A stretch of DNA of 64,000 nt from Callorhinchus milii (taxonomy: Eukaryota): positions 131,070,001 to 131,134,000 of the forward strand of contig NW_024704742.1 in assembly GCF_018977255.1 (NCBI RefSeq). Reading direction: 5' to 3'. The position numbers were made by a program, and so were the translations under genes. Below, in pieces: positions 12,066 to 24,252 of this stretch. Within the stretch, counting starts at the first letter, position 1, and each line of letters begins with the position of its first letter. Below the pieces are notes generated by a model. That model did no database searches. It was not told the DNA's origin and saw only the letters and a program-made list of their open reading frames with translations.

Positions 12066-12684
12066 GATATTTCTATATGCATGAAATAAACCTAAAACCA
12101 CGTAGCTTGCCATTGCATTTGATATAACGCCTACCACATAGGCGCTACATCAAATTCAAGGATTATTATTATATTGCAATGATTGCCGAGTAAGTTTCCT
12201 GCTGCCTTTCCAGTGAGAACCAATCTATTCATTAGGGTCACAGAAAACCATTTATCCAACGTTGCTCATCATTTTGCCTGTTACTGTGTTCGTCTACAAA
12301 ATATAGTCAATCCATTTTACAATATATCCTGTGAAGCGTTTTGAGACGACTCAATGACGTTATAAGGCGCTATATCAAATGCAAGGATTATTATCTACTG
12401 ACCTTGCTGCATTATTTAGCAAAATCACTGCTGGTTTCCTGCAAATTTAATTATTTCCATAATTTTTACCTCATTGCAAATTTTAGTAATCGCATTTTCT
12501 CTAAATGTGTCCGCTGGGAGCTGCCGTGTAATCCCGTCTCGGTCCGCACTGGGCCGGCAGAGAGGAGCCTCGGAATAGGATGACTTGACGTTTTTGCAGG
12601 ACAGAAATCCAGAGAACAAGACAATGACCTCATTGATAGCTGACCTCCTCGAAGCTGAGGCTAAAATGTGCTATTTGGTTTGAA

Positions 12685-12866
12685 AATAATAATAATTTGG
12701 TCACTCAATCCACGACTGTTTGTGAGACACTGCTGCATGCAATTGGCTGCCGCATTTCACCCACAAAATACACAGTCAATCCACTTTACAGTTATATTCT
12801 GTGAAGCGCTTTGAGACATCTCGAAGACGTGATAAGGCGCTATATCAAATGCAAGGATTATTATAA
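12685..12866 (+). mobile_element. SINE-A 3' fragment
   Basis: Deu 3' segment and GTGATAAGGCGCTATATCAAATGCAAGG(ATT)n tail. Confidence 0.82.
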
Positions 12867-13984
12867 GGAATGTTGTTCTTGGCTTTTGTTGTTGCTGTCA
12901 GTACCAGGTCAGCATGATATACTTCTGCTTCCCAGAAAGAGTCCCCATTTCCACTACTCAGATTCCTTATTAAGAAATGCTGTTAAGCAAAGACACACAT
13001 TAGACCCCATTGTTACAGCCCACGCTGTTTGTGCTTTAGGACGCACCTGGACAGCAGAACAAGAAGACACGGGTTTAGAGTTGCAAAGGGCAATTTCTGA
13101 ACAGACACCGGGAAATTTTTCTTTACCCAGAGGGTAATTGTTTCAATATACAATCAATTCACTTTACAGTATATTCTGTGAAGCGCTTTCAGATGTCTCA
13201 AAAAGTGGTAAGGCGCTATATCAATTGCAAGGATTATTATTATAATTGACTAGAACAGTTTACCAGGAAGGGTGGTTGAGGCCAGGACACGGGACCCATT
13301 TAAAAAACAACTTGATGCTATAAAGGAAAAACAGTAAGGTTGAAATTCTGGAAGGATGAGATCAACCACTAATAATCATCCTTACATTTGATGTAACATC
13401 GTATCATCGAAACGTCTCAAAGGACTTCACATGAATTTACCATTAAGCGTGGTGAATTTATATATATTTGTAGGTGAATGTGCCAGCCAATTTGAGTACA
13501 CTTATTTCCTGTAAATAGGCTAAAGGGCTTTCTGTATCTGAATCAACTTTGTGTGATAGTGTCACTCCCCCCTCCTTCCCAACATGAAAACAAATGTGTG
13601 TGTTTTGGTAGAAATTCTGCAAAAGAACTTTCAAGGGACTGAATGCTTTTATAATGCCACGAGAGACCCAAGCACACTCCAGCTCTCTAATAACATGAAA
13701 AATCTAACACCTAATTTCGATCTTCTGTGCATTCACTAAAGTGTATAAATCAGGCTTTCTGTCCCAGTCGCTCCACTGCTGGGAGCAATATAGCTTTGCT
13801 CCTGGCTGCATAAATATAGCACAAGTGCTATCTAGTTTCTTCGCAGTAAGTGAGACAATAAATGACAAGAAGACTGTAGCAGGCTAGAGTGAAAATAATA
13901 CGCTGCAGGCATCAGCTCACTTTGCAAGAGTTTGATTATTAACTTTCTACAACGCTGTGTGGATTATTTCAAGGATGTTTCATT

Positions 13985-14470
13985 CACGGCCCCTTGGCCT
14001 CCGGATCAGATGTTAAACCGACGTCCTGTCTGCATGTTTGGGTGGATGTTAAATAATAATAATAATCCTTGAATTTGATATATTATTATCACATCTTTGA
14101 CATGTCTCAAACTGCTTCGCTCGATTGACTGTGGATTTTGTGGCCGAAACGCGGCAGCAAATTGCGCACGGTAATGTCCCACAATCAGTCGTGGACCACA
14201 TTTTCTTTAAAAAAAAGATCCCATGACACTATTCGAAAAGAGAAGGGAGTTTCTCTCTCCCAGTGTCCTGGCCAACAAATATAAAGATATTTAAAATATT
14301 GGTCATTCGCTGCATGGTTGTTTCTGGGCACAAACTGGCTGCCGTGTTTCTCCCACAAAATACTGTACGCAGTCAATCTACTTTGCAGCATATCCTGTGA
14401 AGTGCTTTGAGACTTCTTGATGATGTGATACGGTGCTATGTCAAATGCAAGGATAATTATTATTATTATT
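13985..14470 (+). mobile_element. SINE-B with an antisense SINE-A fragment inserted at 14053-14200
   Basis: Host is split exactly at GTGGATGTTAAA | GATCCCATG. Confidence 0.82.
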
Positions 14471-15039
14471 GCAATGGGTTCCCGCGTGTGTCAGACACCC
14501 GGCTGACTGAAAGGAATATAGTGGTGCCGTCTCTGTGTCTATAGAATACAGAACATCAGTGCTGTGTGTTGCTTGATTTACAGACAGCGTCCTATTACTT
14601 TGAACTGCCTTGGATGTAATGAACGACTCCAGATAGTTGAGAGTTCAGATAACCAAAAATCAATGAGTTAAATTGTTTGAGTGGGGCATGAGAGGGAGGG
14701 TTTCAGCAGAAACGGTTGCAAGAACCAGTTGGTTAATCACATACTGTATGCACTGCGTATGTTACTAAATTAGTAATTTTCCGCAGATCCCCGGTTATGA
14801 CCCTTACATCGTTTTTATTGATTCATTTCTGTTAGTTATTTTATAGTCTTTTTCTCCCCTTTCTCTGATTAGCTCGGCTCTGTTGCTTCATCCAGCATTG
14901 TTCCCAGGCAGACAGCCAGCTTCCAAGATGTCTACACTTTGCAAAACCACAAGATTGGCTCAGTTTGGCCCCGTCTGATCTCATCCTACCAGAGCATCCC
15001 ACTCAACTCATCCTAACATCACAACATCAAATTGTGTTA

Positions 15040-15310
15040 ATAATAATAATAATAATCCTTGCATTTAATGTAGCGCTGTATCATGCCGTTGAATTGTTTC
15101 AAGACACTTCACAGAATATACTGTAAAGTGAATTGACTGTGTATTTTGTGGGCGAAACGTGGCAGCAGTGTCCCACAAACTGTCGTGGATTGAGTGAACA
15201 AATTATTATTTTTAAAAAAAATTGTAGGGATTATTAACTCGGAAAGCAATCTGCCAATTGACTAACAACCAGGTACCTACTTATTGGTAGGTAAACAGAA
15301 GTGTGTGGAG
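15040..15310 (-). mobile_element. SINE-A, long subfamily, 5'-truncated
   Basis: (AAT)n CCTTGCATTT tail through to GGTAAACAGAAGTGTGTGGAGT. Confidence 0.82.
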
Positions 15311-15319
15311 TTTGCGCTA

Positions 15320-15900
15320 ATTTGCGCTGCATTATTGTAAGTGGGCAGCAGTATTCCTGAAGTATTCCGAACAGAAACGGAAGCTTTTCCTGCGTGTTAA
15401 GTGCACGGCTCAGAGACTAAACTCCTGCGTATCAGAAAGCATAGGCATTATTGTGCTGTACTGCAGCCATGCTAGAAATTGATTTTTCTCAGTAAATAAT
15501 TGATGCTGGTGAGTTGATTTTTTTTATTTTTGTGTTTTTTTTTAAAAAGTGCAATCTCTTGTAACTTCACATCATTTCCCTGGAGAACAAATTATGCCAC
15601 AAGAAAGCGGTTACTAATTGCATCTAAATGCAATACGTGAAAGTCAAAGCGACTCTGCCTCAATTGTATTTAAAAGCGTTTATAAATACGTCTGCAAATT
15701 CGCAGGCAAAGCTGACCCACTGCAGATCTCTCTGCCGTGCTGATGATTAATAGTGGAATTTTATTGCTAAAATTGCACTTTCAACAGTAGCATTGGTTTT
15801 GAAATGCTTTTTACTGCTAACTGCTAACTTACCCTGGCCAGCTGTGTTGCAAAGGAAACAATGGGATGAAATTTGCAGAGTCTCTTTTTATTTCTGTGTT
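15320..15900. promoter_or_regulatory. Repeat-free AT-rich island, candidate conserved non-coding enhancer
   Basis: No repeat similarity. Contains homeodomain (TAATTG, TGATTAAT), forkhead-like (GTAAATA) and Sox (AACAATG) words. Function is inferred only. Confidence 0.3.
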
Positions 15901-16089
15901 CTGAAACAACACACATTTCACTCTGATGCTTTGAGCCTCTGGTGGCTCCAGCTTCGCTCTCTCCCCAAATCTCTTTGTCTCGAGTCTCTTAAATAAAACT
16001 CTCTCTTTAACGATGCTTTGGGCCAATATCCGAAACCACCCCATCCTTCTCTTGATCTGATTGTCTTTCTAAAAGCGCTTTGAGACTCA

Positions 16090-16445
16090 CAATAACTTGC
16101 GTTAATGTAGCGATCTTCATGTAGGGTAACGTCTCAGAGCACTTTACTATGACCTGGTTGGACAATGCCTAAGGAACAAGGTAGAGTGGTGACTATCGGC
16201 ATGGTCAAAAGGGTAGATTTGAAAGCTCAAGTTAAAGATAGAGACTGGGTAAGATGGAGGGATAGAAGGAAGTAGTTCCAGAGGTTAAGGAGAGTTATAG
16301 CTGGAGGCTCAGTCATTGATGTGGAAGGTGTAAGCAGAGTAGAGGCATAGGAGAAGATCACAGAGATAGGGAGGTGGTAGGGCTTGAAGGGATTTATAGG
16401 TAAGGATGAGGTCCTTGAAGTCTATCTATTGGGAGACGGGAAGCT
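16090..16445 (-). mobile_element. L2 3' fragment
   Basis: Reverse strand translates ..IDFKDLILTYKSLQALPPPYLCDLL.. (L2 ORF2 end) and carries an L2 tail. Confidence 0.78.
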
Positions 16446-16599
16446 CTGATGAAGCTCTTTGATTGTTCCTTTGGTTACTTCCCTCCTAACCCTTTATCTC
16501 CCACCGTGGTCAGACTCCACTCTGTGTCTGGGAGGCACTTTGAGGTGGTTTCCTACAAGAAAGTGCTGTAAAATTACAAGCTGTTGTTTGTGTAATACT

Positions 16600-16925
16600 G
16601 AAAGCTTTGATGAGAATGATAGAGTTCAGAATCTAACTGGTCGATGGGTTAGTGACTAGAGGGTATTAATTTAAGGAAGCAGCAAACAAGCAAATGGGGA
16701 GATTAGGAGAATTCTTTTCAAACACAGAGTTATTTGGGTATGAAACACCCTGCCAGAAGCAGTGGTTCAGACAGAATCGATATCAGCTTTCAAAAGGGAA
16801 CTAGATAGATTTCTAGAGTTGAGTAAATGGCTGTGGGGAGAAAGGGCAGGTAAATTGGACTGAAAGGATTGCTCTTTAAAAGCGCCAGAAAAGAAATGTT
16901 GAGCGAAGGGGTCACTGAATGGCCA
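16600..16925 (+). mobile_element. CR1 3' end fragment
   Basis: GACTAGAGGG...AGGAGAATTCTTTTCAAACACAGAGTT...CCTGCCAGAAGCAGTGG...TTCAAAAGGGAACTAGATAGATTT (TRG/RRNFF/LP..VV/FKRELD motifs). Confidence 0.78.
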
Positions 16926-17019
16926 CATTTATCTGGAGGATTGTTGGTCAGGACACTAGGGGAAACACTCCTTTCACGTTCTGCCCCTGACTTCCTCATC
17001 TTGCACACAAAAAACCCCT

Positions 17020-17258
17020 GACCCAAATCAGTCCAGCACTGCAGCATTGAATCTTCCTGCTGCATATCCCCTGCACACTTCATCTCACTATTGGTGGTGA
17101 GCTTTCAGCCTTCCTGCCCCTGCTCTCTGGAACTCCATCCTTCTTACCCTCTCTCTCTCTCTCTCTGCTTTCCAATCCCAGCCGTCAACTGTGTGAAGTG
17201 GTTTGAGGCGCCATCCTGACATTAAAGACATTTGATAAATGTAATGCGTTCTTCTTGT
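17020..17258 (+). mobile_element. L2 3' end fragment
   Basis: ACTATTGGTGGTGAGCTTTCAGCC...CTCTGGAACTCCATCC motif, degraded tail. Confidence 0.7.
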
Positions 17259-17267
17259 CATATGTGT

Positions 17268-17720
17268 GTCAGCCTGGCTCAGTTGGTAGCACTCTCACCT
17301 CTGAGTCAGAAGGTTGTGGGTTCAAGGCCCACATTGGGACTTGGAATCACATAGTATAAGCTGATGCTCCAATGCAGTTCAGGGGTATGGCATTGTCGGA
17401 GGTGCTGTCCTTTGGATGAGACACTAAACCAAGTCTGCCTGTTTGGGTAGAACGTTAGATCCCATGGTCTATATGAAAAGTGAAGGGAGTTTCTCCTGGT
17501 GTTTCTCCTGGTGTCCTGGCCAACAAATGCCCAAAATAAAATTGGTCACTCACTCCATGGCTGTTTTCAGGACATTGCTGTGCGCAAATTAGTTACTGGG
17601 CTGGCCAATGCTATACTACACTAGTGTAGGCACTACACTTACAGAAATTACCCTTGAAGCACTTTGAGATGTTTCAAAGTTACAGGTGCTGTATCAAAGA
17701 CCAGATCGATTCTTATTGTA
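17268..17720 (+). mobile_element. SINE-B (DeuSINE), full length
   Basis: A box TGGCTCAGTTGG, B box GGTTCAAGGCC, Deu domain GCATTGTCGGAGGTGCTGTCCTTTGGATGAGAC. Internal tandem duplication of GTTTCTCCTGGT. Confidence 0.88.
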
Positions 17721-18089
17721 ATAATAAAGGCTCCCACAGGGCACAATGATTTCTGTTCTGCTGGGACCGGGTCTGTGGAGTGCAGAGTTTAATCAAAGTT
17801 AGGTAGAATCTCTCATAAGCGGTCTGTCCTCCCTGGTCTTAGCATTGGGAAGTTGCAGCCTTCAGATATTTGCATAGACATCACCATTTCTGTGCCTTGA
17901 TTAAGCCACCAGGGGGTGGGATTGAGCAGCACTGGTTATGTTGTTTTCCATTCACCACAACAAACTGACAAGACGAGCAGAACACAAGCACTCAGTGTGT
18001 GTCAGGCAAAACTAGTATTTCAAATGCTCCCAAACGGTGAAATGTTGCCTGGCTTTCGCCTGTAAGACCATCGTTTTCTTATAGTTAAA

Positions 18090-18520
18090 ATGGCCATCCT
18101 TTGGATGACGTGCACAACCGAGGTTCCATCTGTCTGTTCAGATGGGTTTTAAAGATTCCATGGCACTATTCATCACGAACATAGAAACAGGAATAGGCCA
18201 TTCAGCCCCTCGAGCCTGTTCCGCCATTCTATTAGATCATGACTGATCTGTACCTCAAATCCATTCACCTGCTTTTGCTCCATATTTTTTGATACCCTGA
18301 ACCTAACAAAAATCTACTCGAGAAGGGAGATTTTTCTTGGTGTTAATCCACCAGATTTTTTAAAAAATAGGTCGTTCACTTCACGGCCTCTTGTGGGATA
18401 TTGCTGTGTGTGTTATTGGCTGCTGCATTTGCCTATAAAAAGTCCCTACACTTTCCAATGAAGCGCTATGAGGCAATTTGATGTGATAAAATGCTTTTTA
18501 AATTACAAAGATGATTATTA
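18090..18520 (+). mobile_element. SINE-B body with a CR1 3' end inserted antisense (18175-18320)
   Basis: Insert GAACATAGAAACAGGAATAGGCCATTCAGCCCCTCGAGCCTGTTCCGCCATTC is the reverse of a CR1 3' UTR. Deu sequence resumes at GAGAAGGGAG. Confidence 0.8.
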
Positions 18521-18521
18521 C

Positions 18522-18644
18522 TGCGCAGAATTGTGGAAAATTCTTAAATCCAACTTTCATTTGGGAGCTGGTTCTTATTAAGACCTGAGGAAGGTTGATC
18601 TCCAAATTAAGCCTGAGTTTAAGAATTTTCCATAATTCTGTACA
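18522..18644. mobile_element. Foldback/MITE family F internal hairpin
   Basis: CAGAATTGTGGAAAATTCTTAAA (18526-18548) pairs with TTTAAGAATTTTCCATAATTCTG (18618-18640), 22/23 match. Confidence 0.75.
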
Positions 18645-18689
18645 ATCGTAAAATTTTAAGACCAAAATATTCTCACAATAGAATATAAT

Positions 18690-18900
18690 ACACATTTACA
18701 GTCATATGGCAGCCTTCATGTCGGGAGGACGTCTTAAGGTGTTTTGCAATCCTGACCTGGCACCCAAACTCGTGATGGGAGCTGAGAGGGGGAGGGGAAA
18801 GATGACCCACCAAGGCATGGTCAAAGAGGCAGGTCTCGAGACGGACCTTAAACAAGGTGAGGAGAGAGAGAGAGCAAGGCTTAAGACTGGGGGAAATTCA
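18690..18900 (-). mobile_element. L2 3' end fragment
   Basis: CTTCATGTCGGGAGGACGTC tail and GGTCAAAGAGGCAGGTCTCGAGACGG. Confidence 0.72.
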
Positions 18901-19361
18901 CGCCCGATCGATGGTTCCTTGGGCGGGATCCTGAGATGGGAGGCTGGGGATCAGGTCAGGCTCTGCTGGAACGGGATTTGCTTTGACGTTCCGGCGAAAT
19001 GAGGTCAATCGTGTTTACCGCCCTGTGACACTTCTCGAAACTGCAAACGGAATAAAACACGCTATTAAAAGCAGTGAACAGTTTGACATCGCATTAAGGA
19101 AATCCTGCAGCCATTACCAGCTGTGGCGCTGAAGTAGGATGATCCATCTGCTTATGCACACCTTTTATGAACAGGCTATTAACACATTCTGAGACTTTTT
19201 GTTGGGTCCTGTGAACCGTTAGTGGGAGATTAATGGAGCCGGTTGGCGACAGGACAAAAGAGTGCCAAGGCACCTTACACCACAGGGTGCAGCACTGCTG
19301 TGTCTAGTTTGCAGGGCTATAAGGTAAATGAGATGGTTGTTCTGTCTCCACAACTTATTGT

Positions 19362-20060
19362 TTTGGGTCAGCCGGGTGTCAGACACATGTGTCTGGCTGC
19401 TGTGTTTCTCTCACAAAATATACAGTCAATTCATTCTACAGTGTATTCTGTGAAGCGCTTCGTGACGTCTCAATGAAGTGATAACACGCTACGTCAAATA
19501 CAAGGATTATTATTATTATCACCGTACTTAAGAGTATTCAAACCCAGACGCTGAGTTCTACATATGCATTCCACCTACGTGAAGAAATTTCTCTGTGTCT
19601 GGAATGCAATGTCACTCACTCCCTAGAGAGACACGCTCTGCTTACCTAATTACAGAAACTTTCTATTTTTCTTTTGGTGTCTGACAAGAGTAAGAGTATT
19701 CAAATCAAACTAAAAGTTCCATACATCCTACCTACGCACGGCAATCCTGAGATATTTATTGGAAAGGAATACACACTCTCTCTCTGAAGGGACACATTCT
19801 GCTTACCTAATTCTGGAGAGTATGAGGCGCAGGTTGGCAAGAGCCAAGGCTGGGGACCCCCAAAGCTTTGCGGTAAGCTTTTCTGAGGCTTGTCCAGCTA
19901 GGACCATCCTACTTGTTAGGGCTTTGGTTTGCAGGGTTAACAGGAACTCACAGTGACTGGTCTGCCCTTCCAGGTCCTGCTGATGAACTAAGGAACTGGA
20001 CAACCGAGACAGCCACTACATTCCGTTGCCAACCACTTCACCTTGGAGCCACTTCAGGTC
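19362..20060 (+). repeat. Unclassified interspersed repeat family C, with a SINE tail at 19395-19520 and an internal duplication
   Basis: GGTCAGCCGGGTGTCAGACAC...CTTAAGAGTATTCAAACC...CAGGTTGGCAAGAGCCAAGGCTGGGGACCCC...CTAGGACCATCCTAC...GGGTTAACAG, shared with at least 7 other loci in the window. Confidence 0.8.
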
Positions 20061-20794
20061 CAAGGAGACCCCTCCCTTATCCCCCCGCCCCCCACCTCAC
20101 TCCCGGACCCTCCCAAACCTACCTAACTTTCAGAGCAATTTTCTATTTGCAGTAACTTTGCCACAATAAAATAATTCTTCCAATTGGTACAGCTCATAAA
20201 ACGTCAGTGTCATACAACGTTAATTTCTGTAAATAGCAGTGACTGTGTATCCGTAGGTGAAGGTGGCAGATAATTTGCGCACCAAGACATCTCATAAACA
20301 GCCGTGAGAAGAATGGCCAGTGCTTTATCTGGGAAATTGTTGACCAGAACGCTGGCACAAACTCTGGAAATTTCCCTCTGCCACCCACGTCCAAATCCAA
20401 ATCAATCGCTTGCTCATTTCATTGCTGTTTATGGGACATGGCTACCACAAATTAACAGCATTGTTGTATTTTGTAAAGCGCTTTGAGACGATCAGTTTTA
20501 TGTGGAAGGCCCAATATACATGCAAGTTGTTGATGACATGTAAATGCTTGGAGCTGTCCTCTGACACGGAAGGTGTTATATTTAAGTATAAATTGTATTG
20601 TTTCTGTGGTCTTTACTCAACTCAGGCTCCCAAGCCAGACGTGCAAAGCACCTCAAGATATGTTCTTGATGTGAGAGGAGCCATGTAAGTCGTAAGTTAC
20701 TGTCATGTCGTCGGCAGATTCAAGAGGGAATTAGACGGTTATGTGATGAAGAAATTGATTGAGTTTTTGCGCGATGGAGCAGTAAAATCATTCA

Positions 20795-20945
20795 TATTTT
20801 ATAAACACAAAAACAGGAGGAGGTCATTCAATCTATCAGGCCTGTTCTGCTGATTTTTTAATCCTATTTCCCCGTGTTTTCTCCATACCCTCTTAATACC
20901 CTTATGTCCTATGTATCTATCGGGTTCCCTTTTAAACATCCCAAT
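20795..20945 (-). mobile_element. CR1 3' end fragment
   Basis: ACAGGAGGAGGTCATTCAATCTATCAGGCCTG...CTCCATACCCTCTTAATACCCTTATG. Reverse strand FKREPDRYI..KGIK. Confidence 0.72.
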
Positions 20946-20959
20946 TGATTCTATCTCGG

Positions 20960-21320
20960 GCTGCCGGTCCCCAATCCATGCATTTATCACATCTGGGTTT
21001 GCCTACACCAACACTCTGCTCCCCGAACTATTGTCTCTTCCCTACACAAGCAGCAGACTTTCCAGATCCCTGCAGCCTGTGTCCACCCCTGCCCTATGTG
21101 TCCCACCACTTTCTGGAGCTCCATCCTGATGTCCCTCTAACTTTCTTCCTCCATCATTCCTTTCAATCCATCTCAAGACTTTCCTCTTTGACAGCACCTT
21201 TGGTCTTTGTTCCCCTCCCCACCCACCTCAGCTCCCTCCCCTCACCTTCATCTCAGGTACCCAGTCAGGACTGGGTAGCAAGACATCTTTCCAACATGAA
21301 AGGCGCTATATAAATGTTAA
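20960..21320 (+). mobile_element. L2 fragment with internal deletions
   Basis: IHAFITSGFAYTNTLLP matches the L2 IHAFVTSRLDY.N.LL motif. Ends ATGAAAGGCGCTATATAAATG. Confidence 0.78.
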
Positions 21321-21679
21321 TTTTTAGGGTATAGATACAAAGTGAAGGGGGCAGGCAGAGAAGTAAGGATGTGCTGGGAGGTGAAGGCTATGACCTTCTT
21401 TGTAGCATTTCATTCTATATTTTCACAACAAAGTGTTTTCTGATCTCACTTCTAACCATTTTCGCTCGAATCTTAACATTTACTTTGTGACTGATGGGCG
21501 GTGCTGTTTCTTTCTGCTTCTGTACGCTCCTAAGAACTTGTTTCGATGAAGCTCAATTTCAGGCGGAGTGGACGATTGAGTTGCAACAGGCCATATTAGG
21601 ACAAGGCACATAGACTGTTGCCTCTTAATGATGAGTGGAAACAGTAACTATTTTCTGCCCTCTGTCCACAGACTCCGGA

Positions 21680-22140
21680 TGCCCATCACCCCAATCCTCA
21701 CCAGGCTCCACTGGCTCCCCATCTTTGAAAGGATTGATTTGATGATCCTCATCCTCACATACAATTTCTTTCATACCCAAGTACGTCACTACCTTTCTAC
21801 TTGTCCCCAGCTGATGGGTGCATTCTATGCATCTCCACCACCTCCGCGCCATTATCAGAGGCCGTGTCTTACAAATTACATTTCTATCGTGCCTTTCACG
21901 TAGGCAGGACATCCCAAGGCTCAGCCACTATGCCCCTTAACTCTGGAACTCCCTGCCTCAAACCCTCTGTGTTGCCTCCTCTTTATCAATCTTTAAATCA
22001 CACTTTAAGATTGAACCTCTTCCATTCTCCCCTCCAATGGACACCTCCCTCTTACATTCTCCCTTGCTCGGTGTCCAACCTCACTACTATACAGTGCTCC
22101 AAGGCACCATCCAGCGTCACAGACACTATATAAATGCAAC
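21680..22140 (+). mobile_element. L2 ORF2 C-terminus and 3' UTR fragment
   Basis: PITPILTRLHWLPIFERIDLMILILTY matches the L2 ITP.L..LHWLP...RI.FK motif. Confidence 0.82.
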
Positions 22141-22839
22141 ACCAACAACTTGCATTTATATTGTGCCATTCACACGGGGTAGTGTCCTGGAGCGCTTGAT
22201 TATTATTTAAATGCACATTTTTGTTGTTACTCAGAGAGTAATTATCAACTGGAACAGGTTATCCGGAAGGGGGGTTGAAACCAGAACAACGGAGTCATTT
22301 AATAAACAGCTCGATGTTGTAATGGGAGGAGTGTAGGTTGGTTATTTTGGAAGGATGAGATCAAATGGACAAAAGTGCCTTCCTTGTTTCAAACCAATCT
22401 TGTGATCTTGCGACATTGCAGACTGGCTGATCTCCAACAGAGATGGAAACGTGGCACTTCAAAAGGCAAGAATAGAACCATTTCCATGATTTATGTAAAA
22501 ATTGACATCTTGTTGCTAAATCTACAACCAATTGCTTGAATGATGGGCTGCTGTCAGCCAAGGATTGTTTTTTTCCTCTCTTCTCGCTCCTGAGACATGA
22601 TCAAAGTCGACAGTGGAATAAAACGAAGATTGGTAACAAGTAGCTGCCAGTGTAGGTAAAACGGTAGAGATGTCAAGCCAGGTGAAGATCTAAAGGACGG
22701 CAGCTCTGACGATGCAGCACACCCACAACACTGCACTGGAGTGTCAGTTCAGATGATATGAGTTTCAAAGTCCTCACTTGGGCCAACAACCAACAACCTT
22801 CTGATCGAAGGTTGGAATCTACAGCTGAGCCACGCCAAT

Positions 22840-23007
22840 GATTTCTGAATGGAATTTCTTAATGAGATATCCTATCAGAATTCCCAACAACCAGCGCCAG
22901 CTCTAGTCTGGAAGTAAATTGAGTTGGAGTCAAACTCCCGCCTTTCAGTGAACCCCATTTCTTATTAAGAAATCCTGTTAAGTAAAGTCGCAAAATAGAC
23001 CCCATCA
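22840..23007. repeat. Second MITE-like family (G), related copy at 12930-13010
   Basis: Both copies end TT(C)TTATTAAGAAAT.CTGTTAAG.AAAG.C.CA..TAGACCCC. TAAATTGAGTTGGAGT is also shared with about 30915. Confidence 0.5.
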
Positions 23008-23074
23008 TCTTGAATCACTGTATCTGGGAACATAATGTATCTGAGCTTGGCTCATTAGAGTTGGGGTTACCAAA

Positions 23075-23475
23075 TCGGTAGCACTCTTGTCTATGAGTCA
23101 GAAGGTTGTGGGTTCAAGCTTCCATGTTAGGGACTTGGACTCACACCGTCTAGGCTGACACTCCAACGCAATGCTTGGGGTGTGCTGCATTGATGGAGGT
23201 GCTGTCCTTCAGATAAGATGTTAAACCGAGGTCCTGTCTGCATGTTTTAGTAGTTGTTAAAGATCCAATGTCGCTATAAACAGAAGAGAAGGGAGTTTCT
23301 CCCTGTGTTCTGGCCAACAATCCCCCAAATATATTTCATCATTTACTTCATGGCTGTTTGTGGGACACTGCAGTGTGCAAATTAATTGCCACATTGACCC
23401 ACAAAGCATTTGTCCACTTTGAGATTTCCTCCCGTGGTAAAAGTCACTTTACCAAATGTAAAGATTATTATTCGT
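23075..23475 (+). mobile_element. SINE-B, near full length
   Basis: GGTAGCACTCTTGTCTATGAGTCAGAAGGTTGTGGGTTCAAG head plus Deu domain. Confidence 0.85.
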
Positions 23476-23919
23476 TACTCGTCATTATTATTCGTCATTG
23501 AATATTAAATATTAATAATAATAATAATGATGCAACACATCAACTGAATCGAAATTTCCTTCCTTTCATTTTATATTCACGCCTCGTCTACTTTAACTTG
23601 AGCTGAGAACACCTCTGGGGTTAATGATGCCATTGATCACTGTTTGAAAGGTGATGCCTGATGTATAAATGCTCTTGTCATCAGCAGAGCGACAGGTAGA
23701 CAACTCATAAAATTAAACGAAACATGTTTTAAAAACTCGATCAAGAGATTTTGTTTTGTTACGCTTCTTGACAAGGCTCCCGCTGAGACTCACTATGTGT
23801 TGGAACATGATCTGAAGCAATGAAACTCACTGTGGGTATGAAATGAGTTCATCAGATAAAACAAAATAGCGAATTAACTAAGGCTCGAAATTTCACCTGG
23901 CTTTAGACTCCGATCATTT

Positions 23920-24252
23920 TAATAATAACAATACTAATAATCCTTGCATTTGATATAGGCGTTTTCATGTCTTCTAGATGTCTCAAAGTGCTTCACAGAA
24001 TATGCTGTAAAGTGAGTTGACTGTATATTTGTGAGCAAAACTCGGCAGCCAATTGCGCACAGCAGTGTCCCACAAACAGTCGTGGATTGAGTGACCAAAT
24101 TATTATTATTATTATTATTATTTTTTTCTTGAGGGATTATTATCAGGCATGTGGAGTAAGGAAACTTGCCAAAGGTTTTGCCCTCCCGGGAATCAAACCC
24201 AGGTCTCTCGCTTGAGAAGCGAGTGTTCTAACCACTGAGCTACAGGACTCCT
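23920..24252 (-). mobile_element. SINE-A, short subfamily, full length, inserted in a MITE F copy (23882-24350)
   Basis: Complete head to (ATT)n tail. Flanks GGCTCGAAATTTCACCTGG and AAATTGTTGAATTCAGTCTTAATTCG are family F arm pieces. Confidence 0.88.

Noticed and set aside
15833..15900. Possible 68-nt minus-strand exon (TTTCAG acceptor, GTAAGT donor)
   Set aside because: Peptide not recognisable, no partner exons identified, and such signals arise by chance. Needs RNA-seq.
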